Assembly: GCA_963837825.1 (NCBI GenBank)
Contig: CAWIOR010000011.1
Span: forward strand, 259,414-323,413
From: an uncultured Chloroflexia bacterium
Lineage (GTDB): Bacteria > Chloroflexota > Limnocylindria > Limnocylindrales > CSP1-4
Length of the DNA: 64,000 nucleotides
Reading direction: 5' to 3'
Part shown: piece after piece, positions 51,640-60,095 of the stretch
Numbering within the stretch: the first letter of the stretch is position 1
How the letters are laid out: each line of letters starts with the position of its first letter
Made by a program: the position numbers and the translations under genes
Notes under the pieces: model-generated
What the model saw: the letters and a program-made list of their open reading frames with translations, nothing else
What the model was told of the DNA's origin: nothing
Database searches by the model: none

Positions 51640-52842
51640 TCAGGCGAGGCCCTGCCGGAACACCTCCGCCACGGCCGCGGCCCGGGCTGGCTTCCCGACG
51701 AGTCCGAGCTTGGAGTAGGCGTTCGAGAGGTGGCGCTCGATCGTCCGCGGGCTCAGGCCCATGGCGGCCGCGATTGCGTCGTTGGCCAGACCGTCGGCCG
51801 CGAGGCGCAGCACCTCGAGCTCGCGCCCGGTCAGCGGTTCATGGGGCCCCGCTTCACGGCTGCCCGATGCGTGGGCGGACGCGGCCCATGCGGCGCGTTC
51901 CGGCTCCATAAATGACCGGACCTCGGTCACAAACACCTGCCATGCTGGCTCGCCTTCGAGGAGGATGTGGTTGCGGCTCTCGAGTGGCACGAGGCGCGAG
52001 CCGCGGATGAGCGAGGCGACCTCGGTCGCGTTGTCGAACGTCTTCAGTCGGTCGCCGACGGCGTGGAGGATCAACGTCGGCGCGTCGACGCTCAGTATCT
52101 GTCCCGTGATGTCCTCGCGATACCGGGCGGCTCGCGCGGCCAGGTAGTTCGCCGTGCTCGTCGATTGGCGCTGGAGCTCGTCGAACCAGCGCATCTGCTC
52201 CTCGGTCGCATCGGGGATGAAGCCCTGCGTGAACACTCGCCGGAAGCGCGGGTCGGCCCCGGCCCACCCGATCCGGACGAGGCCCTGATACGTCTCCTCC
52301 TCGAGGAGGCTCTCGCCCTCGAACACGACCCGCTCGCCGCAGACAGTCCCATACAGGACGAGGCGACTCACCCGGTCGGGGTGCCGCGCGGCGTAGAGCA
52401 TCGCGATCGGCGAGCCGTCGGACATGCCCAGCAGCGCGACCCGCTCGAAACCGAGCGCGTCGACGATCGCCTCGAGGTCACCGAGTCGTGCGGCGAGGGA
52501 GAAGTCGGACACATTCCAGTCCGACATCCCGAAGCCCCGCTCGTCGTAGCGAACGAGGGTCGAGAACTCGCCGAGGTCCTCGAGGAAGTGCCGCCACACG
52601 GGGCTCTCCCAGTCATGCTGTAGATGGCTCAGCCAGCACGACACGACGATGAGCGGCGGCCCAGAGCCGTGGAGGGCATAGGCGAGGCGCGTGCCGTCGG
52701 AGCCCCGCGTGAAGTGGATTGCCTGCCGCGGCGGGGTGGCTCTCGCTGGTGCCGAGGACGAGACGCTGCGGGGCATTGCCCGAGGATCGTACACCTGCTC
52801 CGGCGTCGCCTCGACGTGGATCGTCCTGCTGATGTGACCCAT
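51640..52842 (-). CDS. LuxR-family transcriptional regulator with an N-terminal alpha/beta-hydrolase domain
   Basis: ...LAYALHGSGPPLIVV...VALLGMSDGSPIA... then C-terminal LTGRELEVLRLAADGLANDAIAAAMGLSPRTIERHLSNAYSKLG. Confidence 0.8.
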   Translation of the reverse strand: MGHISRTIHVEATPEQVYDPRAMPRSVSSSAPARATPPRQAIHFTRGSDGTRLAYALHGSGPPLIVVSCWLSHLQHDWESPVWRHFLEDLGEFSTLVRYDERGFGMSDWNVSDFSLAARLGDLEAIVDALGFERVALLGMSDGSPIAMLYAARHPDRVSRLVLYGTVCGERVVFEGESLLEEETYQGLVRIGWAGADPRFRRVFTQGFIPDATEEQMRWFDELQRQSTSTANYLAARAARYREDITGQILSVDAPTLILHAVGDRLKTFDNATEVASLIRGSRLVPLESRNHILLEGEPAWQVFVTEVRSFMEPERAAWAASAHASGSREAGPHEPLTGRELEVLRLAADGLANDAIAAAMGLSPRTIERHLSNAYSKLGLVGKPARAAAVAEVFRQGLA

Positions 52843-52868
52843 GACTGCGCCCCCAGACGGGCCGAGGC

Positions 52869-52991
52869 GGGTCGGTCTCGCCAGTGGCTCGGCGCGGTCC
52901 CGGCGGCACGAGGTATGGGCCGCGCGTCTGAGCCTCCCGCGTGTGCATCCCCCACTCTTGCAGAGCCCCGCCGTCGCTGCCCAGAGGCATT
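52869..52991 (-). repeat. Copy A of a ~123-nt conserved element; its 3' end (minus sense) lies 26 nt upstream of ATG 52842
   Basis: Hand alignment to 54216-54337 gives roughly 88-90% identity with one 1-nt indel. Confidence 0.85.
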
Positions 52992-53160
52992 GCGCCTGAT
53001 CGGCCCCTGGACGCCCCGCGCGCCCCGTTCAGGCGGGCCGAAGCGGATAAGGAAGGATGGCCCTCGACCAGCGCGAGACGCCGGCGTAGTGTCGGATCGG
53101 ACCGGGCACCCGCGTGTCCCACGGGCGTCTCTCTCCTCCGACAAGGGAAGGAGGCCGGCG

Positions 53161-53616
53161 ATGAGCCTGTACGGGCACCTGGAGACCAACCCCCGCGGCG
53201 CCGCCGAGGGCCGTCCGAGGTCCTACGTCCGTCCCAGTGCATTCCTGAACAAGGTCCTGAACCCGATCACGGTCGCCCTCGGCCGGAAGCCAGTCCTCTT
53301 CGTGCGGGGGCGGAAGAGCGGGAAGCTCCTCAAGGTGCCGATGGATCCGCCCTTCGAGTGGAACGGGACCCGCTACCTCGTCTCGCCCCGCGGCGAGACG
53401 CACTGGGCGCGGAACCTGCGCGCGGCCGGGGAGGCGGATCTGCGCACGCGTCGTCGTCTCGAGCACCTCCGCGTGGTCGAGCTCCACGGTGCGGAGCGCG
53501 ACGCGGTCGTGAAGACCTACGCGAGCACGATCACCTGCAATTGCCGGCGCAGCATGCAGCAACTGCCTGACCCGGCCGACCACCCGGTCTTCCGGATCGA
53601 GCCGACCGCCACCTGA
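53161..53616 (+). CDS. Nitroreductase-family deazaflavin (F420)-dependent oxidoreductase (DDN/DUF385-like)
   Basis: ATG 53161 (GGAGG upstream): ...FVRGRKSGKLLKVPMDP...NGTRYLVSPRGETHWARNLRAAGEADL...GAERDAVVKTY... Confidence 0.65.
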   Translation: MSLYGHLETNPRGAAEGRPRSYVRPSAFLNKVLNPITVALGRKPVLFVRGRKSGKLLKVPMDPPFEWNGTRYLVSPRGETHWARNLRAAGEADLRTRRRLEHLRVVELHGAERDAVVKTYASTITCNCRRSMQQLPDPADHPVFRIEPTAT

Positions 53617-53768
53617 GGCACTACGGAAGACGCGAACGGATCCAGCTATTCCGCGTCGGGTCCGCGGTCAGGAGCAGCGCAGGCTGGCCGGGCGCTTGGC
53701 CTTGAGCCCAGGGTCGTGCCGGACTCATGTCACCTTGGGCGCTCGGCCTATGCGACGCGCTGCCCTGG

Positions 53769-54188
53769 CTAGACCGTCGACCCGGTCGGCTTGGGCCACT
53801 TCCAGGCATGCCAGACGATCAGGAGCCCAGCGATGATCAACGTGACCGTGATCAGGGCCCCGATCTCCAGCCCTTTGCCCGCGTGTTCAGCCAGATCCCA
53901 CGCCCACATTAGGGTGGCGACCACGCCCAGGATGGCATTCGCATAGCGGTTGATCGGATCCCTCAGGACCAGCGTGAGGAAGGCCATCGTCAGGGGAAGA
54001 AGACAGAAGAGCATGACCATGACGGCCAGAAGCGTGGCGTCGATCTTCTCGCCCTCGAACTCCCCCGTGGCGATGTACTTCCCAAGGACGTCCGATGGCA
54101 TGACCACCGCAAACATGCCTGCCAACATGCCGACGCCGAGGAAGATCCACAGCGTCGATACCCGGAGTTTCCAGGCCAGGAGCTCCAC
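53769..54188 (-). CDS. Hypothetical membrane protein (4 TM), in a lower-GC segment
   Basis: 139 aa (GTG start), hydrophobic, with visibly lower GC than the flanks. Confidence 0.6.
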   Translation of the reverse strand: MELLAWKLRVSTLWIFLGVGMLAGMFAVVMPSDVLGKYIATGEFEGEKIDATLLAVMVMLFCLLPLTMAFLTLVLRDPINRYANAILGVVATLMWAWDLAEHAGKGLEIGALITVTLIIAGLLIVWHAWKWPKPTGSTV

Positions 54189-54215
54189 GCCACCCTCCCT
54201 GGGACGCCCTCGCGC

Positions 54216-54337
54216 GGGTCGGTCTCGCCAGTAGCTCGGCGCGGTCCCGGCGGCCAGGGTGTGGCCCGCGTGTCAGAGCCTCCCGCGTGTGCATCCCCCA
54301 CTCTTGCAGGGCCCCGCCGTCGCTGCCTAGGGGCATT
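54216..54337 (-). repeat. Copy B of the ~123-nt conserved element; its 3' end (minus sense) lies 27 nt upstream of GTG 54188
   Basis: See copy A; same orientation and same spacing to the downstream start codon. Confidence 0.85.
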
Positions 54338-54377
54338 TGGCCTGCCGCGCGATCCGAACCATGAGTTCGTGCGGGTC

Positions 54378-54910
54378 ATGATCCACGCGACGGTCGAGAA
54401 GCGGACCGAGGACTACGACGACGCGCTCGGGCACTACCTCGCTCGTGGAGCATCGCGGTTCGAGACCGAGACCAAGGCCGCCCGGGCCATCCCGCCCTAC
54501 GAGGTGCTCGTCGGCGACGACATCGCGAGATGCGCGAGCTCGCGCTGGAGCACGCCGCGGCGCGTCTCGACGACGCGGAATACCTCGCCCGGATGGCGCG
54601 CCTTCGCGGAGAGCTGGAGATCGTCGGGGCGCAGCCGGCCCGCGACCTGCCGGCCCGCCGCGCGATGGAGTGGCTCGACGCCCTCGCCGAAACCTGGCAG
54701 AAGACCGATCTGGTAGAGGAGAAGTCCGACGTGATCCACGCTGTCTACGAGCGGATCGTCATCGAGGGGCCGCGCTTCGTCGGCCTACGCCTGACGCCGG
54801 CCGCGTGCCGCCACGGACTGGCGCTGGCGCTACCAGATGCTGTTATGGCGCGCCCGACAGGATTCGAACCTGCGACCTTCGGCTCCGGAGGCCGACGCTC
54901 TATCCACTGA
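54378..54910 (+). pseudogene. Remnant of a recombinase (C-terminal region resembling large serine recombinases), frameshifted and running into tRNA-Arg
   Basis: MIHATVEKRTEDYDDALGHYLARGASRFETETKAARAIPPYEVLVGDDIA, then a shift to MRELALEHAAARLDDAEYLARMARLRGELE...VIHAVYERIVIEGPRFVGLRLTPAA.... No catalytic N-terminal domain is present. Confidence 0.45.
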
Positions 54911-54921
54911 GCTACAGGCGC
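54846..54921 (-). tRNA. tRNA-Arg (anticodon CCG), CCA encoded
   Basis: Hand-folded cloverleaf: GCGCCTG/TA/GCTC-AGTGGATA-GAGC/G/TCGGC-CTCCGGA-GCCGA/AGGTC/GCAGG-TTCGAAT-CCTGT/CGGGCGC/G/CCA. Confidence 0.93.
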
Positions 54922-55128
54922 GCGATGGTCGGTGCGCTCCTTGGCGCGCAAAGCGAGCACCCGACGCTGTCGATCCAGGCGCGGGGCATCCGCTGCGTCC
55001 GCGCGTCGCCGGGTCGACATGATACCCCGGCCTGGCCACTCCAGCCGGCACGCACGCTCCGGTTCGTCCGGCACTTGCGTCGCGAGCCTGGACGTCGACG
55101 ATGTAGTGATGGGTACGGAGCTCGACAC

Positions 55129-55374
55129 ATGAAGCTCGAGCACGTCAGCCAGCTCGACCGAGACCTGGGTGATGTCATCGGGGCGGTCGAGCTCGTCTCC
55201 TCCGGGCGAGCCGACCGGGTGGAGGTCTGCAACCTCCGGCACGCTCGTCGGGTCCTGGACCTGGCACGAGCGAGCTGCGCCGACCTCCCGATCGAGATCC
55301 GGGCGATCCCGCGAGAGGGCTCGAGCCGTATCGACCTCGTCGTCGAGCGGACCCGGCCGGAGGTGACGAGCTGA
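55129..55374 (+). CDS. Hypothetical small protein (81 aa)
   Basis: ATG 55129 in ORF 54445..55374; very high GC3; MKLEHVSQLDRDLGDVIGAVELVSSGRADRVEVCNL... Confidence 0.5.
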   Translation: MKLEHVSQLDRDLGDVIGAVELVSSGRADRVEVCNLRHARRVLDLARASCADLPIEIRAIPREGSSRIDLVVERTRPEVTS

Positions 55375-55625
55375 GCGCAGTCGAGCCGTCGCCGCGCCGG
55401 CCACGCCGGGGCACGGCGACCGCTCACGGACTCCTGGCGCCGGACGAGACGGACCGCGGTCGCGAGCACGCCCTGCGCGGCCGGAAGCCGGGCGATCGCC
55501 GCGTCCGGGTCAAGCGGCCCCACGCTCGCTTCTTCCGCTACGCAGGGCCTGGCGTCCTCGTCGCGAAGCCGTCCGCGGACGAACCGTCCGGACCGCTCGG
55601 TCGCGCGCTGGCCACCGCGCGACAT

Positions 55626-57443
55626 GTGCTCTTCGGACGGCCGCTCGCCTCGGAGGAGGAGGCCCACGAGCGGCTTCCGAAGTGGAAGGCCCTGGCCGTC
55701 TTCTCGAGCGACGTGATGTCCTCCGTCGCGTACGCGACGGAGGCGATCCTGTTCACGCTCCTCGCCGCCGGCACGGGCTTCTTCGGCTACCTGATGCCGA
55801 TCTCGTTCCTGATCGTCGGGCTGCTGCTCCTGGTCACCTTCTCCTACCGGCAGACGATCCGGGCCTATCCGGGCGGCGGTGGCAGCTACATCGTGGCCCA
55901 CGCCAACCTTGGCACGCTGGCCGGACTGGTCGCGGCCTCCGCGCTCCTGTGCGACTACGTCCTGACGGTCGCGGTCAGCGTGTCATCCGGGGTGTGGATG
56001 GTGGCATCCGCGGTCCCCGGCCTCCTCCCACTGAGCGTCCCGCTCATCGCCGCCTTCATCCTCGGGGTCATGGCCGTGAACCTGCGCGGGATCCGCGAGA
56101 GCGGCACGATCTTCGCCGGACCGACCTACCTGTTCATCGTTCTGATGCTGATCATGATCGGGACGGGCCTGGCCCGCGTCTTCGTCGGAGACGCCCCGCG
56201 GGTGACCGGCGTCACCCCGGCCCCGGTCCCGCTCGAGGCGTTCGGGCTGCTCCTCTTCCTGCGGGCGTTCGCCGACGGCTGCTCGGCGATGACCGGCACG
56301 GAGGCGGTCGCCAACGGGGTGCCCGCGTTCAAACCGGTCGAGTCGGTGAATGCGCGCACGACGATGCTGGTGATGTCGGCCCTGCTGGGGACGATGTTCC
56401 TCGGCACGTCGTATCTCGCCGGCGTGTCCGGCGCCGTCCCGGCCACCGACCAGGCCATCCTCGCCCAGGTCGCCCGCGCGACGTTCGGGGCGACGCCGCT
56501 CTACTACCTGCTGGTCGCCGCCACGATGGGCATCCTGGTCCTGGCCGCGCAGACGAGCTTCGCCGACTTCCCGCGAGTGGCGTCGATCCTGGCCAGGGAC
56601 GGGTTCATGCCCCGCCGGTTCGCCTTCCGCGGTGAGCGACTGGCGTTCAATGCCGGGATCGTCGCGCTCGCCCTGATCGCGATCGCCGTGATCATCCCGT
56701 TCGGCGGGCGGGTCGAGGCGCTCATCCCGCTCTACGCGATCGGGGTGTTCGTGTCGTTCACCCTGTCCCAGGCCGGGATGGTCCGCCACTGGTTCACCGA
56801 GCGCGGGCCGGCCTGGCGACGGAGCGCCCTGATCAACGGCGTCGGGGCGCTGGCGACCGGGGTGGTCGCCGTGATCTTCGCGGTGGCCAAGTTCAGCCAC
56901 GGTGCCTGGATCGTGATCATCGTGATCCCCATCCTTGTCGCGATGATGCTCTTCGTCCGCCGTGAGTACGCCCGTCACGAGGCCTCGCTGGCGGTCCGCC
57001 CCGACATCGTCATCCGGCCGCCGCACCGGAGCCAGCGGGTCGTCGTGGCCGCGACGGCCGTCGACCGGGCGGTCGTCCAGGCGGTCCAGGCCGGGCACAC
57101 GATGGCCGACGAGGTCGACGTCGTCCACGTCGCCATCGACCGGGAAGAGGGCGAGCGCTTCCGGGAGCAGATCGACCGGCAGCTCCCGGGTGTCCACGTC
57201 GCGATCGTCGAGTCGCCCTATCGGACGCTCGTCCGACCGCTCATCCGCTACCTCGAGGTGATCCACGAAGAGGACCCGGAGGCGGTGATCGTGGTCCTGC
57301 TGCCGGAGCACCTGGCGGCCCACTGGTGGGATCGGCTGCTCTACAATCAGAACGCCGCCGAGATCCGGCACGAGCTCGTCGGCCGGGAGCATGTCGTCGT
57401 GCTCGACGTGCCCTACCGGCGCGACTTGCCGGAGGCCGCCTGA
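55626..57443 (+). CDS. Second KimA-like APC-superfamily transporter (paralog of 22846..24906); a conserved in-frame N-terminal extension upstream lacks a canonical start
   Basis: LFGRPLASEEEAHERLPKWKALAVFSSDVMSSVAYATEAIL...YRQTIRAYPGGGGSYIV...SPYRTLVRPLIRYL...HWWDRLLYNQNA... Confidence 0.75.
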   Translation: MLFGRPLASEEEAHERLPKWKALAVFSSDVMSSVAYATEAILFTLLAAGTGFFGYLMPISFLIVGLLLLVTFSYRQTIRAYPGGGGSYIVAHANLGTLAGLVAASALLCDYVLTVAVSVSSGVWMVASAVPGLLPLSVPLIAAFILGVMAVNLRGIRESGTIFAGPTYLFIVLMLIMIGTGLARVFVGDAPRVTGVTPAPVPLEAFGLLLFLRAFADGCSAMTGTEAVANGVPAFKPVESVNARTTMLVMSALLGTMFLGTSYLAGVSGAVPATDQAILAQVARATFGATPLYYLLVAATMGILVLAAQTSFADFPRVASILARDGFMPRRFAFRGERLAFNAGIVALALIAIAVIIPFGGRVEALIPLYAIGVFVSFTLSQAGMVRHWFTERGPAWRRSALINGVGALATGVVAVIFAVAKFSHGAWIVIIVIPILVAMMLFVRREYARHEASLAVRPDIVIRPPHRSQRVVVAATAVDRAVVQAVQAGHTMADEVDVVHVAIDREEGERFREQIDRQLPGVHVAIVESPYRTLVRPLIRYLEVIHEEDPEAVIVVLLPEHLAAHWWDRLLYNQNAAEIRHELVGREHVVVLDVPYRRDLPEAA

Positions 57444-57500
57444 GACGAACCCGGTGTCCGATGACGATGGAGCTGACCGGTGACCGGGTCAGAAAAGGTT

Positions 57501-57530
57501 CGGAGCGGTCCTCCGAGGAGAACCGCTCCG
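57501..57530. terminator. GC-rich 9-bp hairpin (CGGAGCGGT...ACCGCTCCG). On the minus strand it is followed by AACCUUUUCU, so it is a candidate terminator for minus-sense transcription and possibly for kimA2
   Basis: Perfect 9-bp stem at 57501-09/57522-30. A second hairpin at 57473-92 lies just after the kimA2 stop. Confidence 0.4.
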
Positions 57531-58112
57531 ATGCTGTCCCGGTGAAGGTGCCCGCCGAAACGGACTCTTCTGCCACGCCACAAAGGCATCTATCACGTCG
57601 GCTGCACCGACTACCCTGACCCTACCTACCCATGACCTTGAAGCTGGGGCAGCAGGCTGCTTTCGCAGCACCTCTACTGTACCGGCAGACGGACCCGAAT
57701 CCAAGGGTTTTGTCAGGTTCGGTTGTGAAAATTCCTTAACCTAGTCGGCGTCACAGCCCCTGGCCCGGGGCCCCGGGCCGCCCGCGCGGAACCCACCCGA
57801 CGTCCACCGCGCGATCCCCGGATAGCGATCTGGCTCGACCGCCCGGAGCCCGCCCGGAACGCCGCTGGCTGCCCAGGTAGCGACCCCCGTGGTCGCATGC
57901 GATGACGGCGACTTCGCGGGGCCGACTCCCGGCCCGGATCCTCCCGCGGCGTGCACGGCTCGGGACATCCCGCCCGCCCGGTCCGCCCCGGACGCGGTCG
58001 TCGATCGCATCACACCACACCCATCGCTGAGCGGTGAGAACAGCGGTCCCGGCGCAGGGAGCCGGTCCGCCCGCCACCGTGGCCGCCCGGTGCGGGCCTT
58101 CGGTCGGGCCGA

Positions 58113-58643
58113 TCAGTCTTCCGTGATCGTGATGCCGGTCATCGCCACCGGATCGTCCGGGAGGTCCCGGGCGTTGCGCGGCGCGGACACGATCCTGTCG
58201 ACCACGTCCATGCCCTTCGTCACCTGGCCGAACAGGGTGTAGTTCTTGGGCAGCCGGCCGGTCAGGTCGGCGGTGCAGATGAAGAACTGGCTGCCGTTCG
58301 TGTTCGGGCCCGAGTTGGCCATCGCCAGGGCGCCCCGGACGTAGTCGCCCTTGGGCGGCTCGTCCTCGAACTTGAAGCCCGGGCCACCGGTCCCGACCCG
58401 TCCGGCGTTGAGCGACGCCTTCTTGCCGTGCTCGCCGTCGCCGCCCTGGACGACGAAGCCGGGGATGACCCGGTGGAAGATGACGTCGTCGTAGAAGCCC
58501 TTCCGGGCGAGGTCGATGAAGTTCTGGGCGGCCCTGGGCGCGCTGTCGGTGAACAGGTCGACCTCGATGTCGCCGATCTCCGTGGCGATCGTCGCGTGGG
58601 TCATGGGTGCCTCCTGCTGGGTCCGGGCCGGCGGCCCGCTCAC
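58113..58643 (-). CDS. ppiA: Cyclophilin-type peptidyl-prolyl cis-trans isomerase (cytoplasmic); likely start at the internal Met (~58604)
   Basis: ...FHRVIPGFVVQGGD...GALAMANSGPNTNGSQFFI...FGQVTKGMDVVD... Confidence 0.9.
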   Translation of the reverse strand: MSGPPARTQQEAPMTHATIATEIGDIEVDLFTDSAPRAAQNFIDLARKGFYDDVIFHRVIPGFVVQGGDGEHGKKASLNAGRVGTGGPGFKFEDEPPKGDYVRGALAMANSGPNTNGSQFFICTADLTGRLPKNYTLFGQVTKGMDVVDRIVSAPRNARDLPDDPVAMTGITITED

Positions 58644-59383
58644 TGGCTGACGGTGACCTTGGTCATCGGGACCGGATCGAGGGCCGCGTTGGCCGGATCG
58701 CCCGAGTTGGGCATCGCGGCGATCATGTCGACGACGTCCATCCCGGTCGTCACCTTGCCCACGATCTGATAGGTGTTGTATGACGCGAGGGCGCTGGCGG
58801 CCTGGTCGTCCAGGACGATGAAGAACTGGGAACCGACCGAGTCGGGGTCGCTCGTCCGGGCCATGGCCACGACGCCGCGGCCGTACTTCGCCGACACCGG
58901 CTCGTCCTTGATCGTGTAGCCCGGTCCTCCGGTGCCGGCCGCCGAGGGGTCGGCCAGCTTGCCGTCGGCTCCGACCCGTCCGTACTGGCCGTCGCCGCCC
59001 TGGATCACGAAGCCCGGCACGAGCCGATGGAAGACGACCCCGTCGTACCAGCCGCAGGCGGCCAGGGCGACGATGTTGCCGGCCGCGATCGGCGACAGCG
59101 AGCCGTCGATCTCGACCACGATGGTGCCCTTCGGCGTGACGATCGTCAGGGTCCGCTTCTGGCCGGCCGGCAGCGGCGCCGGCTGGCTCGTCGGGCAGGC
59201 GCCCGAGGCGGTCGACGGGCCGGCCGAGCCCGGGGCGTCAGTCGGCGGGAACGTCTTGCTGGCACCGCCCGCGAACCCGCCGATGCAGCCCGCGGTCAGG
59301 ATCGCAACGACACAGACCAGGGCGACCAGCGAGCCGCCGGTAGCGAGCGGCCGGAGGAGCGGCGCGAGGCGGGAAGGGATCAT
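58640..59383 (-). CDS. Cyclophilin-type peptidyl-prolyl isomerase, lipoprotein form
   Basis: ATG 59383 in ORF 58640..61639: MIPSRLAPLL...VVAILTAGC lipobox, then ...FHRLVPGFVIQGGD...GVVAMARTSDPDSVGSQFFI... Confidence 0.88.
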   Translation of the reverse strand: MIPSRLAPLLRPLATGGSLVALVCVVAILTAGCIGGFAGGASKTFPPTDAPGSAGPSTASGACPTSQPAPLPAGQKRTLTIVTPKGTIVVEIDGSLSPIAAGNIVALAACGWYDGVVFHRLVPGFVIQGGDGQYGRVGADGKLADPSAAGTGGPGYTIKDEPVSAKYGRGVVAMARTSDPDSVGSQFFIVLDDQAASALASYNTYQIVGKVTTGMDVVDMIAAMPNSGDPANAALDPVPMTKVTVSQ

Positions 59384-60085
59384 GCGGCGGCCTCCAGGGC
59401 GGCGGGGTAGTCGATGGCTCCCGACAGGAGCGGCTCTCCGAGGATGAGGCCGGCCACGCCGGTGTCGCGGATCCTGGAGATCGCGGTCGGGTCCGCGGCT
59501 CCGCCGGCGACGAGGATGTCGGCATCGTACGACCGGACGAGCCGAGCGCAGCAGCTCGAGCGTCCGGGCCGTTCCGACCGTGGCCCAGGACGAGCCGCCG
59601 GACACCCCGGTCGACGAGCTCGTCGACCAGCGCTTCGAGGGTCGGCGCCGGCCGCGCGTCGCCACGGGTAGGACGCCAGCCGGTCGGGGCGCGGGTCGAG
59701 GCCGACCGCCAGCCAGTCGCCGGCGACCTCGAGGCAGGCGGCCAGCCGGGCCGGGTCGTCGACCACCGACATGGCCAGGACGACCCGGGTCGCCCCGGCC
59801 GCGAACGCGAGGCGGATCGCGTCGGCGGTCTCCAGCCCGCCGGCGACCTGGAGGGGCACGGCGACCATGCGACGCGACCGCGCCGATCGCCTCGAGGTTG
59901 ACCGGCGCGCCCGCCCGGGCGCCGTCGAAGTCGACGAGGTGGATGGTCCTGGCGCCCTGCTCGACGAACCGTGCGGCGATCCGATCGGGTCGGTCGGTCG
60001 GGGCGCCGATGCCGGCCGACGCCCCCGGCCAGTAGACGATCCGCGAGCGCCCGCCCTCCAGGTCGATCGCCGGGATGACCTGCAC
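59380..60085 (-). pseudogene. hisA: HisA/PriA-type (ProFAR) isomerase with at least 2 apparent frameshifts
   Basis: GTG 60085 gives VQVIPAIDLEGGRSRIVYWPGA...TIHLVDFDGARAGAPVNLEAI. After a shift it reads VPLQVAGGLETADAIRLAFAAGATRVVLAMSVV...LAVGLD, and after another shift ...SYDADILVAGGAADPTAISRIRDTGVAGLILGEPLLSG. The length of 706 nt is not a multiple of 3. Confidence 0.75.
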
Positions 60086-60095
60086 GAACCGGCGG

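Noticed and set aside
52786-52842. The N-terminal 19 aa of the LuxR/hydrolase ORF (MGHISRTIHVEATPEQVYD) look like the start of an SRPBCC/polyketide-cyclase-type protein, suggesting a fusion remnant.
   Set aside because: The segment is too short to support a domain call. The alpha/beta-hydrolase part may simply start at an internal codon. Noted only as a caution on the start site.
52843-52900. ZTP (pfl) riboswitch-like fragments in repeat copy A, minus sense: CACUGGCGAGAC and CCGUCUGGGGGCG just before the start codon. purH is also in this window.
   Set aside because: No P1/P2 helices are in the right order, and the two fragments are too close together. The 3' CCGUCUGGG part is not conserved in copy B. 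The downstream genes are not purine or folate genes.
57444-58112. Whether the gene-free gap encodes tmRNA, RNase P RNA, SRP RNA or 6S RNA.
   Set aside because: No tRNA-like 3' end (GGUUCGAnUCC...CCA), no GGAAAGUCC / ACAGAA..CGGCUUA RNase P P4 elements, and no GGAAGCAGCC SRP domain IV motif on either strand. 6S RNA cannot be excluded by eye, but no clear long rod with a central bubble was seen.
58113-59383. Tandem cyclophilin genes as a possible unusual duplication.
   Set aside because: One is cytoplasmic and the other carries a lipoprotein signal (LTAGC). This pairing is an ordinary arrangement and needs no special explanation.
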